DNA from: Podarcis filfolensis
Taxonomy: Eukaryota
DNA length: 64,000 bases
NCBI GenBank assembly: GCA_964270895.1
Contig: OZ185438.1
Strand: one strand, 5' to 3'
In this document: positions 37,327 through 48,760 of the stretch, piece after piece
Numbering within the stretch: the first letter of the stretch is position 1
Layout: each line of letters starts with the position of its first letter
Program-made: the position numbers and the translations under genes
The notes under the pieces: generated by a model
The model's database searches: none
Told to the model about the DNA's origin: nothing
What the model saw: the letters and a program-made list of their open reading frames with translations, nothing else

Positions 37327-38194
37327 TGCTAGCTAGGAATGGTGGGAGTTGTAGTCCAAAAACAGCTGAAAGGCCCAAAGCCACCCCAGTCTAGAATTAT
37401 CAGAAATATATATCTGCAGAATAAGACTTTATCACTGCACTATGATTATTGTTCAGAGACCATCATTTTAAGTTAAGCAACCTGTCTGTACATTTTCTAA
37501 GAGAAGATGGTGTACTTTGTACAGGCTGTAACCTTTTAAAAGGTTTCAAGTAACTTGTGGTTTTGAAATATCCTTTTGTAAAGATGTCAGAAATGGAAAT
37601 CCCTATGATAGGCAATATAATACAGTAGTCTAGAGATGAAAACTACTTGTTCTAAAGGAAGAATTTTTAATAGACTTTATAAATAAATGTATTAGAATCC
37701 TGTTTATAATTTGAAGTTTAGATTTGCAGACACTGAGAAAAGATGTGGGTTTTTAGGCATTTCCCTTACTTTCTTCCATCCATGTTGAAGAATACCAAAG
37801 ATCCATGTTTCATGGAAATCCTGCAGTTGTTTAAATCACAGTAAATGATTTTGACATGTTATTTTATATCCCTGTGCCAAATGCTAAGTATTTCTAGATA
37901 ACAAAGATCATGTGTATTATCTGGTAATGCAATAGGCTTAGCTCTACTATGGAGATACAGTGTGTACCCTAAAGAATTGCACAGAGGGTTCTCAAGGGTT
38001 TAATCAGAAGACATGTGGATCATCTGAGCTATGTGACTTGAAGTTGATGACGGAGATCTATTAAATATAAATTGCAAATTGCCAGAAGGCCTTAATTGTC
38101 CAGTCCAAGTAGACAGTACTTTGTCCAAACTATTGTGAATAACAGCTTTGCCATTCACATTATTTTACATTTGTGTAAAAATGAGTTGTGTAAA

Positions 38195-38303
38195 ATGAGT
38201 TTGAACAAACTGCAGGAGGCAGTGGAAGACAGGAGTGCCTGGTGTGCTCTGGTCCATGGGGTCACGAAGAGTTGGTCATGACTAAACAACTAAGCAACAA
38301 CAA
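38195..38303 (+). mobile_element. BovB 3' tip
   Basis: atgagtttgaacaaactgcaggaggcagtggaagacaggagtgcctgg...gactaaacaactaagcaacaacaa. Confidence 0.88.
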
Positions 38304-38710
38304 TCATATGGTTTTCTGAATTTTGGTTGGTATTCGTGATAAACAAAAAATTAACTTTCTCACGAGTAATCATGGTACACTGAGCTGGTATACCTAATCC
38401 TCAGTGTTTGTCTTGTAGATTACCCTAAGCCATTTTAATGCATAGAGGAGAGGTTAAACTTGTGACCATGTTGGCTGGGATTGAAAGGAATTGAAGTCCA
38501 ACAACATTTGCATGGGTCGCAGTTTTCCCATCCCTGGTGTGCAGGAAGACCTCCCCTCTGGAATGACTACAGCTCTTGGAGAGCTGATAGCAGCTATAAA
38601 TGAACTTGTCAAGATATTGGCTGGGTTCACATACAAGGGTAAAACGTGGTTAGTTTTGTAACTCCGGTTCACTCAACAAATCGTAAGTCATCTCAAGATG
38701 AACAGACAAG

Positions 38711-39016
38711 CAGGGGTGTAGGTAGCTGCTCCGGCACTTGGAGTGGTGGGGGCGGGGCAATCCGCCCACGGGTGATCCGCGCATGGGGGCGCCGCAGTGA
38801 TCCGTGCCTGGCAGGGGCAAGCCCCATGCTGCCATTTCGGGTAGCGTGGGGCCCGAGCCACCATGTCACTCCCAGGAGAGACACGTGGCTCAGGCGCACT
38901 GCAGGCCAGGCCCCGCGGTAAGTGCCCCCCCCCCCCGTGGTGTGCCATTTTGTCACCCCCTCAGGGATGAAACCCGGGGCGGCCCACATCCCCCACACTC
39001 CCTTACTACGCCCCTG
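38711..39016. mobile_element. GC-rich hAT MITE
   Basis: Ends CAGGGGTGTAG / CTACGCCCCTG; perfect 8-bp TSD cagacaag (38703-38710; 39017-39024). Confidence 0.88.
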
Positions 39017-39404
39017 CAGACAAGCCATGGTATGGTTTTTTCCAAGGCTTGATTTGTTTTCCAGCCACTATTACCTCATAAGAGCACCTGGGTTGAGGTG
39101 GCCAAATAAACCATTGTTAAGCAAAGCTATGAAGTTTGTTCATAATGCCAGATCATAAAGTAACCTCCTGCCCTGCAGAGTGTTGAATCAGATGTCCCTT
39201 GCGGTTCCTTATCGCTCTACAGTTCAATGATTCTATGAAGCCATGGCTTCATATCTGCTGGGCAGGGGTCAGACCTTCAGACAAACCACACTTTAGTTGA
39301 ACAAATCATGGCTCAAAGTTATTTGTGAACCAGGCCACTATCTCAGGTCTTGACTCTCTGAATTCAAAATGTGTGGGATATACATGTCTGTCTGAAATAA
39401 TAAT

Positions 39405-39418
39405 AATAATAATAATAA

Positions 39419-39449
<31 letters not shown>

Positions 39450-39466
39450 AAGAAGAAGAAGAAGAA
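39405..39466 (+). repeat. Compound (AAT)n(AAG)n microsatellite
   Basis: Direct reading. Confidence 0.95.
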
Positions 39467-42392
39467 AAAATTTATTATTTATACCCTGTTATCTTGGGTA
39501 GTTATAAAGTCACCGTAGTTGCAGTTCCTTCCCTATTTGTACACTAAAGAAGATAATGAGGCTTTTTGTATACAAATAACAGGGGAACAAATAGCAGGGG
39601 AGGTGGATAATAATGTCTTAATGCCCCTTGTATAAAAACTTATGCTGATTATCTAAAAGGAAAATAAGTTCTACCTAGCTTTATCCATGACTGGTTTTCT
39701 ATACAGGAAAGTGCTCAAGCATGCAGTCTCTGCCATGACTACTTACAATTTCTTTCTAGTTGTGTAGTCCAGGAACACTTTTACTTCTCTATCTGCCATT
39801 TATTTAGACCAAAAGTCAAGAACATCATAGGCTTTTTTATGATTTCCCGTTTTCTTCATCCTGAAACCTGTTGTTCAGTGCTGGCTGACAGGACACATAA
39901 ATGGGGTTTGAGCCAAGTGATCAGCCTGATGGAAAAAATGGGGTGAAGCATGATGCCTCTTCTCTCCCACCTTATCTCCATCCCAGCTGCCCATCTTGTT
40001 TTAGGGCAAATAAAAAGGTCAGATTCAAAAGAGCCTTTACAAAGGACAGGGAACGTGGAGCACATTTTTTTCAAGAGGGAAAGATACAACAGTGATGGCT
40101 ATGGAAGCAAATGATAACTACTGAAGGTACCACAAGCCGAATGTTTACTGCTTTCAAAGCAGTCCATTCCTAACTGGAGGTGGAATATGCATACATCAGA
40201 GAAGAAGGAGGAAGACGAAGTTATTTTCAATGCCTGGGAACTGCCGTGGAAGAAGGGAGACTGTGAAGCATTTTAATTTTGTTTTGAGAGGCTGTATGTG
40301 TGATAATGAGAGCAAGCACTCTCCTTTTACCTGGTTATATCTTTTAAAAAACAAACTTTAAGATGGCAGCAAACCCTCATTGGCATTGCGTTTTGCCACC
40401 AGTTATATGGACAATATTCAGGAACTTGTGTTAAACAGTTTTCCCCAGACACACATATATGCACACTCTGTTGTTGTGCTTTTGGATGGGAGGTTTTTAA
40501 TATTAGCAAATATTCCTGCAATAATGCTATTTTCTGTGCACTCATTTGAAGTTAAGCCCCATTGGAAACACATAAAGATGCATCGGTTAGTTTGGGATTA
40601 CTTAAAAGGACCTCACAACCAAGGTCCTTTTGGGGGAGGTTTGTATTATATGCACCGAGAAGAGGTTGAGTGCTTCTACATCTCAAAAGCACATAAGACA
40701 ACCTCTGCTATTGAGTTTCAGAAGTTAAAGCTTTGAAAATACAGCACACTCCCCCCCTACAGCCACCTTTGCAAGCAGCTGAAGAATTGCTATGTGTAAT
40801 ATTATCACATTGAGTAATTGTGCTATTGTATCTTCAGCTGCAAGTCATAGACAGACCCTGCAGGGAGCTCTACTGAGAGAGAATTACAATAATCTAACCT
40901 CATAGTTATGAGGGCAAATGTTGCTCTTATGGAGTTGTCCCAGGATAAATAAGGATATGACCTGCACACCTAAGAAAACACCTTTGCTCATCCCTGCACT
41001 GGCCTGCATAGTTAGAGAAGAGATATAGTAAAATCAAGTGACCAAGTTCTTTTAAAAGCCAGTGACTAGAAGAAAACCCTGCCCTTTCCTCTTTTGATGT
41101 TTATCTTCCAGCAGAAAGCTGGTGCCTGACAATACATATAATTTCAGTATTTTTCCATTTACTTAGATTGGTAAATCTGATAAACATGGCATGAGGTATG
41201 ATATGGGAAAACGTGGGGGGGGGGACACCCAGAAAAATAAAACCACAGCCATTCTCATGTACTGAGAATATATTACACCTCAAAACTTGAGCAGTTTAGC
41301 TCTGCAATAGGAACAGCTTGAACTTCTATCCTTGCTACTTTGTTTTTCGAGTTTTGTTTTCCTCCCTAATTTTTCTCTTGTTCATACCCCTTGTAGCAAA
41401 CTTCAAATAGCAGTTTCCTGTTTGGGATGTGCTACCTGCACTCTGGAGTGCAGGGCTGACCTAGGAAGCCTACTATGTGCCAAGCCAGTGCTTTGCTCCC
41501 TGTTGTGTAGACCATACTGGTGTGGTTGGTGCTGTCATGCGGCAGGATGTCTTTACCCATGCGCACAACATTCTGCGCATATGAAATTGGCATGCTAGAG
41601 AGAAAACAGGAGCTCTTCTACATTAAACTCTCATGCTTCCCACATAACAATCAGAACTCATGGGTTAACTTTCTTTGGAATGTTTCTTTAGAAAGTTAAC
41701 CCATGAGTTCTGGTGGTTAATGTTGGAAATGGCTTTGAGCCCACTCAAGAAACAAATGGCAAAAAATATTAGCAGTCCAGTTCCAAGCTTGGTTCATTGG
41801 ACGTCATAACACTGCCCTTTCTCAAAGTCAATGTGACTGATATTTCCCTGTGACTTTAGTATATCACGGCTGGATCCTAAAGGAGAAAAGATAATAGAAA
41901 CAGATCTAGCTATGTATAAAAATGTGGGAGTGGGCAGAATGCCAGTAAAGCAGGGCGCTTAGTCCTCCTCATATGAATTCAATTACACCCAGTTCAAATG
42001 ACTGACAATGCTATTGGACAAAATGAAATTTTGGATCCTCTAATTCCTGTTTCATTTGGGTCAATTATGATGCTAGTATGGGTCCCCCCCTTCCAGAATT
42101 CTGTGCGCTTGAACGCAGGGTATTTTTTGTGCAATAATAACGAGATAAAATTTCATTAAAACTGTTAATAAGGGACAACATGAACTCTCTGAGGCCTCCA
42201 GTAGGCTCTCTCCTCCCTCCCTCCCTCCACCCCAACCTCCAAGTTAACTTACAGACTTGAAATCCCTGTCCTCCGCCTCCTCCTCCTGTGGTTTTCTTCC
42301 TTCTGTTTTTGTAGGACGTTTCAATTCTACGGTTATTACATAAAAGTGGCTTATGGCTGTGTTTGTACACCTGGAAAGTGAAACGGGCTGTT

Positions 42393-42394
<2 letters not shown>

Positions 42395-42434
<40 letters not shown>
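42395..42434 (+). repeat. (CA)n microsatellite
   Basis: Direct reading. Confidence 0.95.
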
Positions 42435-42437
<3 letters not shown>

Positions 42438-43078
42438 TTTTATTAGAGCAAAAGCTAGAGTGAGGAAAGCAAAAGGAAGAAGAAAGGTTCCAAAAGTGCA
42501 TTTTCTGAGAATAACTTCGTTTTATCCAGTGTGGATCTATAATCAAGTTTTCTTTCTGCAATAACTTTGCCCCTTCTAAATCAAAGGGAAGATTGAAAAT
42601 GTTTTGCCCCAGTTCTGAAAATGCATTCACTGAATTAAATTTCTAGAATGTTTATTAGACCAGCATTTGACCAGTTGTTCATCATACCAAATAGGGCATT
42701 AAGAAAAAGAAGAAAAAGAGTAGAGCTGTGACTAGCAGAATACAGTCTCCAACCAAAGAAGTTTCTGAAACTTTTTATTGGAAAAGTAGAAGGATTCCCA
42801 GCTAAGTGACCCATTATATACTGCTTCTAAATGGGCTTAAAATGAATTACTTGCTCTGTGTCTGCCTTTTTGCACAGCAGGTGAGTTTCAAGAATGGGGA
42901 AGACTTTCTCTGTCGTCTTCTCAACCAATCAATTCAATACTTCAAAATAAAAACCTGCTACGGTTAGGTTCTCAACAGTCCAGTTGGTGTATATTTGAAT
43001 GTCAGCCTCACCCACCAGTCTCTTGTACCAGGTCATATGGAATCTGGGTCATTCTGCGTTTACCACAGCTACCAAGTA

Positions 43079-43329
43079 CAGTGGTACCTCGGGTTAAGTA
43101 CTTAATTCGTTCCGGAGGTCCGCTCTTACTTCAGGTCCGCTGAAACTGTTCTTAACCTGAAGCACCACTTTAGCTAATGGGGCCTCCTGCTGCCGCTGTG
43201 CCACCGCTGCGCGATTTCTGTTCTCATCCTGAAGCAAAGTTCTTAACCTGAAGCACTATTTCTGGGTTAGCGGAGTCTGTAACCTGAAGCATATGTAACC
43301 TGAAGCGTATGTAACCCAAGGTACCACTG
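43079..43329. mobile_element. Tc1/mariner MITE (CAGTGGTACCTCGGGTT TIR family)
   Basis: TA|CAGTGGTACCTCGGGTTA ... TAACCCAAGGTACCACTG|TA. Confidence 0.92.
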
Positions 43330-44204
43330 TACAGAGGAACTGATTTAAAGTGAATAATCACTTTAGTATAACAGAATAATTCCTATCCAGTGGGACATGT
43401 ATTTAAAATATTGTCTAAAGCTCTACAGATCAATCAGGGTTATAGTTATTCATGTTAAGAGCGCATCCATTGTGGACAATTTGTGCTTGGAAATTTTCCC
43501 ACAGTATCCACACAATACCACCCTGGGCTCCTCTGAGAGAAAGAATGGGATATAAATTCAAGAATACATGAGTGTGTGTTGTCATCAGAATGCTAGACCA
43601 TACTTTTTTGCTTTGTTTAATCTGGATTTCCCTTTAGTGCAGAAAATCTGGTGAGGTAGAAATAACCTGATATACTCCTGTAGTCTCTGCTGCTGTGGAA
43701 TCTTCCCTAGCACGCTTTTTGGATGGGCTGTTTGTCAGGTGTGGTGATGGTTCAGGGGATAGCATCTTTCGCCACACCTGTACGCCTCTTTACTCCTCGT
43801 ATGAACAGATTTGTCAAGCTCTGTAATTATAAAAAACAAGTCTTCAGGGGCTACTTAGTTCTCTGAGTGGGGTTTGTGGATATTCTACTCTTTCTGCAAA
43901 TTAAGATAGTGCCTCTTCCTTAGCCTTCTCCAGCTGATAACCAGCATCAGCTTAAAGCACCCAAGGATCCAGTTGTGCTGCTGGGAACGGTGAGAGGATT
44001 CAAATAACTCTTGAGCCACCAATAACTGCTTTTGCAAACTTCCTGAAGATTGTTCTGCAGTAGGAGAACAGTTTTTTTGGGTGGGGTGGACAAGAAGAGG
44101 CAAGCATGTCTGTGCAGAAGGAAGCCCTCTTGCCCCCTCTAGCTGGTTTCAACCCCACCCAACCATTCTGATGCTACAGGTGACTCTTGGCATTACTTAA
44201 TTTA

Positions 44205-44446
44205 CAGAAAGATTGACAGGACTAATTTAAAGCACCGATTTACAATTAACATAATTTTGTGATTACCAGAATTAAATAGAGAGTAAAGAGGGGAAATATG
44301 AAATGCAATTTAAAAAGATATAATTTAAGGTAATCATGGACTGGGAGGGAGGGAAGTCAAGTGCTCGTGAGAGCGGAATATAATGTGAAAAATTTGAGTA
44401 TGTTATATATAAAATGGAAACTTAATAAAAATGATTTTTAAAAAAT
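44205..44446 (+). mobile_element. L1 3' UTR remnant
   Basis: A-rich stretch with the gggagggagggaagtcaag motif (compare gggggaaggaagtcaag in the 46.3-kb L1 end), then cttaataaaaa and an A-tail. Confidence 0.6.
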
Positions 44447-44511
44447 AGAGAAAGAGGCAGCCCCATTTGTTTTTATTATACTTAAAAAAAAGAACATGCA
44501 AACTAAATAGA

Positions 44512-44663
44512 TCATAGAATAGAGTCATAGAATCATTGAGTTGGAAGGGACCATGAGGGTCATCTAGTCCAACCCCCTACAGTGCAGCAATCTTCTGCCC
44601 AACATGGAGACTCGAACCCACATCCCTGAGATTAAGAGTCTCCTGCTCTACCAAATGAGCTAT
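44512..44663 (-). mobile_element. tRNA-Lys(CTT)-derived SINE with a CR1 3' tail (best copy)
   Basis: Minus strand: atagctcatttggtagagcaggagactcttaatctcagggatgtgggttcgagtc (A box, CTT anticodon loop, B box), then a CR1 tail ggggttggactagatgaccctc...ttccaactc...attctatga. Confidence 0.85.
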
Positions 44664-46253
44664 AATCCTGCAGGATAGGGGAAGGGGAAGTGATTATTGG
44701 GAGAGACCAAAATTCACACCTGGGATATATTCTGTCACACTCCATGCACTGGTGTGGACAGCCCAAGCCTCAAAGTAGCAATGGATATGTTGAGTGAAAA
44801 AACAGAAATGCGTAGACTCTCATGTACCAAATGCGCTCCCAGCAACTGTAGATTGGAATGACCCATTTGCAAAATACAGCCTCTGCCTGTACAGAGTCTA
44901 ATTCTGCGGTCTTGATTTGACCTTCCAGAGGCTGTTCAGTCTTTTAACATTCAGTCTCAGTTCCAGATTCCAACCTGGACTTCAGTTGTATTGAAAGATT
45001 TCCCTGGCACCAGTGGTGGAGCTAATGCTTTTTCTGAAACAATGGCGTAGGAAATGTATATCATACTGTGGAATATGGCATCTGGCCTGTCAAGTGGAAT
45101 TGATTAACTAGAAAAGAGAATCTCCAGTTCAGACAAGCTGCATATTGCATATTTATCTGTAGGGGCTTCAGTGGTAAAAACAGAACTTCACAATACTGCA
45201 AACACCAAGGCATCCTCTTCCTATCATGGGAGGAAGAACTGTCTGGTTGAGGTGCCAAAGGTTTCCCATTTGTAGATCTGTATCCTAGTTTGGAAATTTT
45301 GAAATGTACTTTTAACCCAGTGTACACTTTTGCAGTTTCGTTTTACTTGCATGTATACATTCAAAGGGTTGAGATGTTAAACAGTGATGAAGAATAGGGT
45401 TTTGTTTTTTTAGAAAGAAGAATCTAACCTTTGTCTTTCCTCTTCTGAACTCTGTTATTTGAGTTCAGGATCTAGTTGTTGTGATCGACATAGAAGAACA
45501 ACAGAGAGATCTTTGTGCTATTTAAAAGACACAGCAGTGCTATTTAATTGATGTAATTGTTACGGGAATGCTGCACAAGGTGACTTCTGCTATGAATAAA
45601 ACTTTAATGAGAGTGGTGGTTTGGGAACAGAGGGTCGATTCTTCTGCAGTCTCTGTTTCAGCATACATCTCTCTTTCTATATTTATAAATCATCCTTCTG
45701 GGTTGATAGGTATGCTCTGTAGACAAGTTGCTTCTACTCTTTGGCCCGGTTGAGTTCAGTGTTTGGGGTGGGATAGATGCCCTCTGAGTGATCGCTCCTC
45801 CTCCTCGGTACTGTTGGTGCTGCCCATCCATTTGTCCTCGTCCTTCAGGCCCAATTGCAAAGCCATGCCAGAGGGAGAAGGTAAGGCAAATGGGGTCTCC
45901 TGCTCCTCCCCGCTGCCACTGTTCACTCACCCAAAGAGTATAGCAGGTGGACAGGCAGCAGCAGCAAGGAGAAGCAGGGCTTGAACTGCGCTAGATTGGG
46001 CTGGTGGGAGTTGTAGTTTAAAACATCTGGAAGGAAGCAGGCTGGGGACAGCTGCTCTAAACTATGGAGGATTATCTGTGCTCATGGATTTTGCTGCTTA
46101 ACTTTTTACTACAGAACCTTGAAAGCCATTTTCCTCCCAGTCTTGGATTCTTTCATCTTGCTAGTGCTTAAAATCTTTTTCCAGATTCCTCTAGCCACCT
46201 CTTTTACTTTTCACTTCAAACATTAAGCACTATGCTCTGGCTCAGGACTTCTC

Positions 46254-46578
46254 TCTCTCAAAGTTTTTTTATGATTTTATACATTTTAATAATTTTATAA
46301 CCATTTTAACATTTCAAAACTTGACTTCCTTCCCCCTCTTTCTGCGGTTCCTAAAATTAATTTTTAATATTTTCTGCATATCCAAATTAACTTAATTTGC
46401 TCATTTATTCATCTACTTTAAATATACACACTTATAAAACTGCAGGTTATTACAATAATCCTGCCAATGTTCTTATCTGTTTGCAGTTTATTTGTAAATA
46501 TTCAATAAACCATTTCCATTCTTTTATAAAAAGTTTGTTTTCTTGATTTCTTGTTTTTCTGGTAAGTTTCGCCATTGG
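46254..46578 (-). mobile_element. L1 3' end (ORF2 C-terminus and 3' UTR)
   Basis: The minus strand encodes MAKLTRKTRNQENKLFIKEWKWFIEYLQINCKQIRTLAGLL*, followed by a G-rich 3' UTR and an A-rich tail; flanked by tggctcaggacttctc. Confidence 0.8.
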
Positions 46579-46594
46579 TGGCTCAGGACTTCTC

Positions 46595-46817
46595 TCTTTT
46601 TTTAAAATAATAATAATAATATTTATTAAGGTTTTGGAAGATTACAAAATTGAAAAAAAAAGAAAAGAGAAAAAATGCAAAAACACAGAAAAGTAAAAAC
46701 AATTAAGACAAAAAAGAAACAAATCAATCCTTCCATAACTTATCTTTCATTTGCTTGTTTCCTTGACCTCCTCACACCTCCCTTTTTTGTATTCTAGTTC
46801 AGTTAGCTATTTCAGAG
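46595..46817 (-). mobile_element. Second L1-type 3' UTR fragment
   Basis: Minus strand: gggaggtgtgaggaggtcaaggaa, T-rich tract, cttaataaa, A-tail; flanked by gtggctcaggacttctc. Confidence 0.7.
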
Positions 46818-46884
46818 TGGCTCAGGACTTCTCAAAGCACACCTGTTCTGAGGCGTGCCAGAAAGGCAGGTAGACTTACGGCTC

Positions 46885-47320
46885 AGGACCTCAATACCTC
46901 AAGGACTGCCTCTCTCCATAGCAACCTACCCGGACCCTGAGATCATTATCTGAGGCCCTTCTGCATGTGCCGTCTCCACGAGAGGTTTGAAGGATGGCAA
47001 CATGAGAACTGGTCTTTTCTACAGTGGCTCCCCGTTTGTAGACTGCTCTCCCTAGGGCTGTTCGCCTGGTGCCTTCATTATACATCTTTAGATGCCAGGC
47101 AAAAATGTTCCTCTTCAGCGAGGCCTTTGGATGATTAACATCTTATCCCCCTTTTAAATGTGGGAGGGGATGTGAGGAAAGGAGAAGAATTGGTTTGTTC
47201 TTTTTGTTCTCATTTTTATCGAGTATTTTGTGCTTTTATATTGTATTTTTATGTTTGTGAACCACCCTGAGATCAGCCAACAAAAGGCGGTATACAAATT
47301 TAAATTACAACAACAACAGT
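46885..47320 (+). mobile_element. L2 3' fragment
   Basis: tacctcaaggactgcctctctcc...ggctccccgtttgtagactgctctccc...gtgaaccaccctgagatc...ggcggtatacaaat; (CAA)n end. Confidence 0.8.
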
Positions 47321-47681
47321 ATTTATCTACTATATTTTCACCATGCTTTTTCAGGCAGTGATTGGAATGTGGAGGGGAAGGTTAGAGGAGAAAGATCAGT
47401 TCTTCAAGGCCAGAACAAAATGGTGATCCATAAGATGGCTTTATATCTGGTTCTGGCCAGTTCGATCTGTCTGTTGCTGGTGTTGTTGCTTGAATAACAA
47501 CAGCTGATGGTTCTTGTTCCACCAACCGATGGATGGCATCTGGTTGTTCTGCTAGTATCCTTTTGAATAGGCAACTGTCATTTGGAGAGGAGTTGTGGTA
47601 GAGCGAGTATTGTTTGATTGTTGCAGCCACAGTGATCTTTCTGGTAGAAGCGAAAGTGCCTTTCCAGCGATCCTTGGTCCC

Positions 47682-48019
47682 TGAAATATACTCGGAGTTG
47701 AAAGTGGATTTCATGCTCTTTATTCAGCTCATAGTGGTGAGGAGGAATGGAAGTTCCCCCAGAATGTCTGCTTCATATACATTATTTACACAATGGGCCC
47801 CACGTGATTGGTTAATTCCAGGATTCTCCTGTAGGCCAATCAGGTTGCGGATTCACTTCCACCTGGAGCTGGATTGGGTGGCTCCTGTGGACCAATCATA
47901 CTGCTGCATTTTGGGTCCTATTGTTCTAGGACCAATCAGACTGCTGCATTCTGAATCCTATTGTTCTAGGACCAGTCAGACTGCTGCATTTTGGATCCTA
48001 TTCAACTCAGTACATAACA
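47682..48019 (-). mobile_element. Solo LTR (probably Gypsy-type), antisense to the host gene
   Basis: Minus strand TGTTATGTACTGAG...GAGTATATTTCA (TG...CA); perfect 5-bp TSD gtccc (47677-47681; 48020-48024); AATAAA near the 3' end; internal ~38-bp tandem repeats. Confidence 0.9.
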
Positions 48020-48379
48020 GTCCCCTAAGAGGGAGAGTGAGTAAGGCGGCACAGGTAGAGTGAGTTTGAAGCAAGCTCCCTGTTGCTGTTCCTTCTTTGA
48101 TTGTTGGAGCCACAGTGATCTTTGGAGAACAGTCGGTCACCATTTGACATACTGGCTTTATTAAGCTATTTTGCAAGGCATTTGCAAATAAACGCTGATT
48201 TCCAGTGGTCTGGCAGATCCAAGCTTTTCCAGATGTTGTTGGGAATTGTTTTGTTTGGCTATCAGATTCTGCTTTTTGTTTTTTGCTCATGTGGATAATT
48301 GGTGTTTTTTATATCACGGAAGTTTGTACTTCTTGATTCGCTGTTTTAACACCAATAAACTTATGCTGATAATAAAATC

Positions 48380-48760
48380 CTGATTCCTAGCTGCATCTTT
48401 TCCAAAAAGTGCTTGTATAATGGTGTTATGATAGTGGCAATTTATTGTCAATTCCTTTCCTAATCATTGCTAGAATTGAATTTGCCTTTTTCACAGCTAC
48501 CACACACTGAGTCAGTGTCTTCACTGAGCTATCCACTATGACCCCAAGGTCTTGTTTCTAGTAAGTCACCATCATGGGTGTAGCCAAATGGGGGCAGGGA
48601 GGGCAGTCCCCGCCATATCAATAAATAAAAATACATAGCAAACTGAAGTTCTGCCCCCCCCAAGCAAAAGGCCTGCCTCGCCCAACAAAATCCTGACTAC
48701 GCCCATAGTCACCACCAGTTCAAAGCACATGAGTGTATAGGTGAAATTTAGGGGGGGGGT
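48380..48760 (-). mobile_element. Old CR1 RT fragment interrupted by a hAT MITE (48573-48707)
   Basis: ttcctaatcattgctagaattgaatttgcctttttcacagc...atgaccccaaggtc is typical antisense CR1 RT sequence. MITE ends CATGGGTGTAG / CTACGCCCATA with TSD gtcaccat / gtcaccac. Confidence 0.65.

Noticed and set aside
44590-44663. tRNA-like sequences (also 57499-57560 and 58700-58783) as tRNA genes
   Set aside because: Acceptor stems are broken and the sequences are fused to CR1 tails, so they are SINE heads.
47614-48063. 149-aa plus-strand ORF
   Set aside because: It consists mostly of the antisense solo LTR and its tandem repeats.
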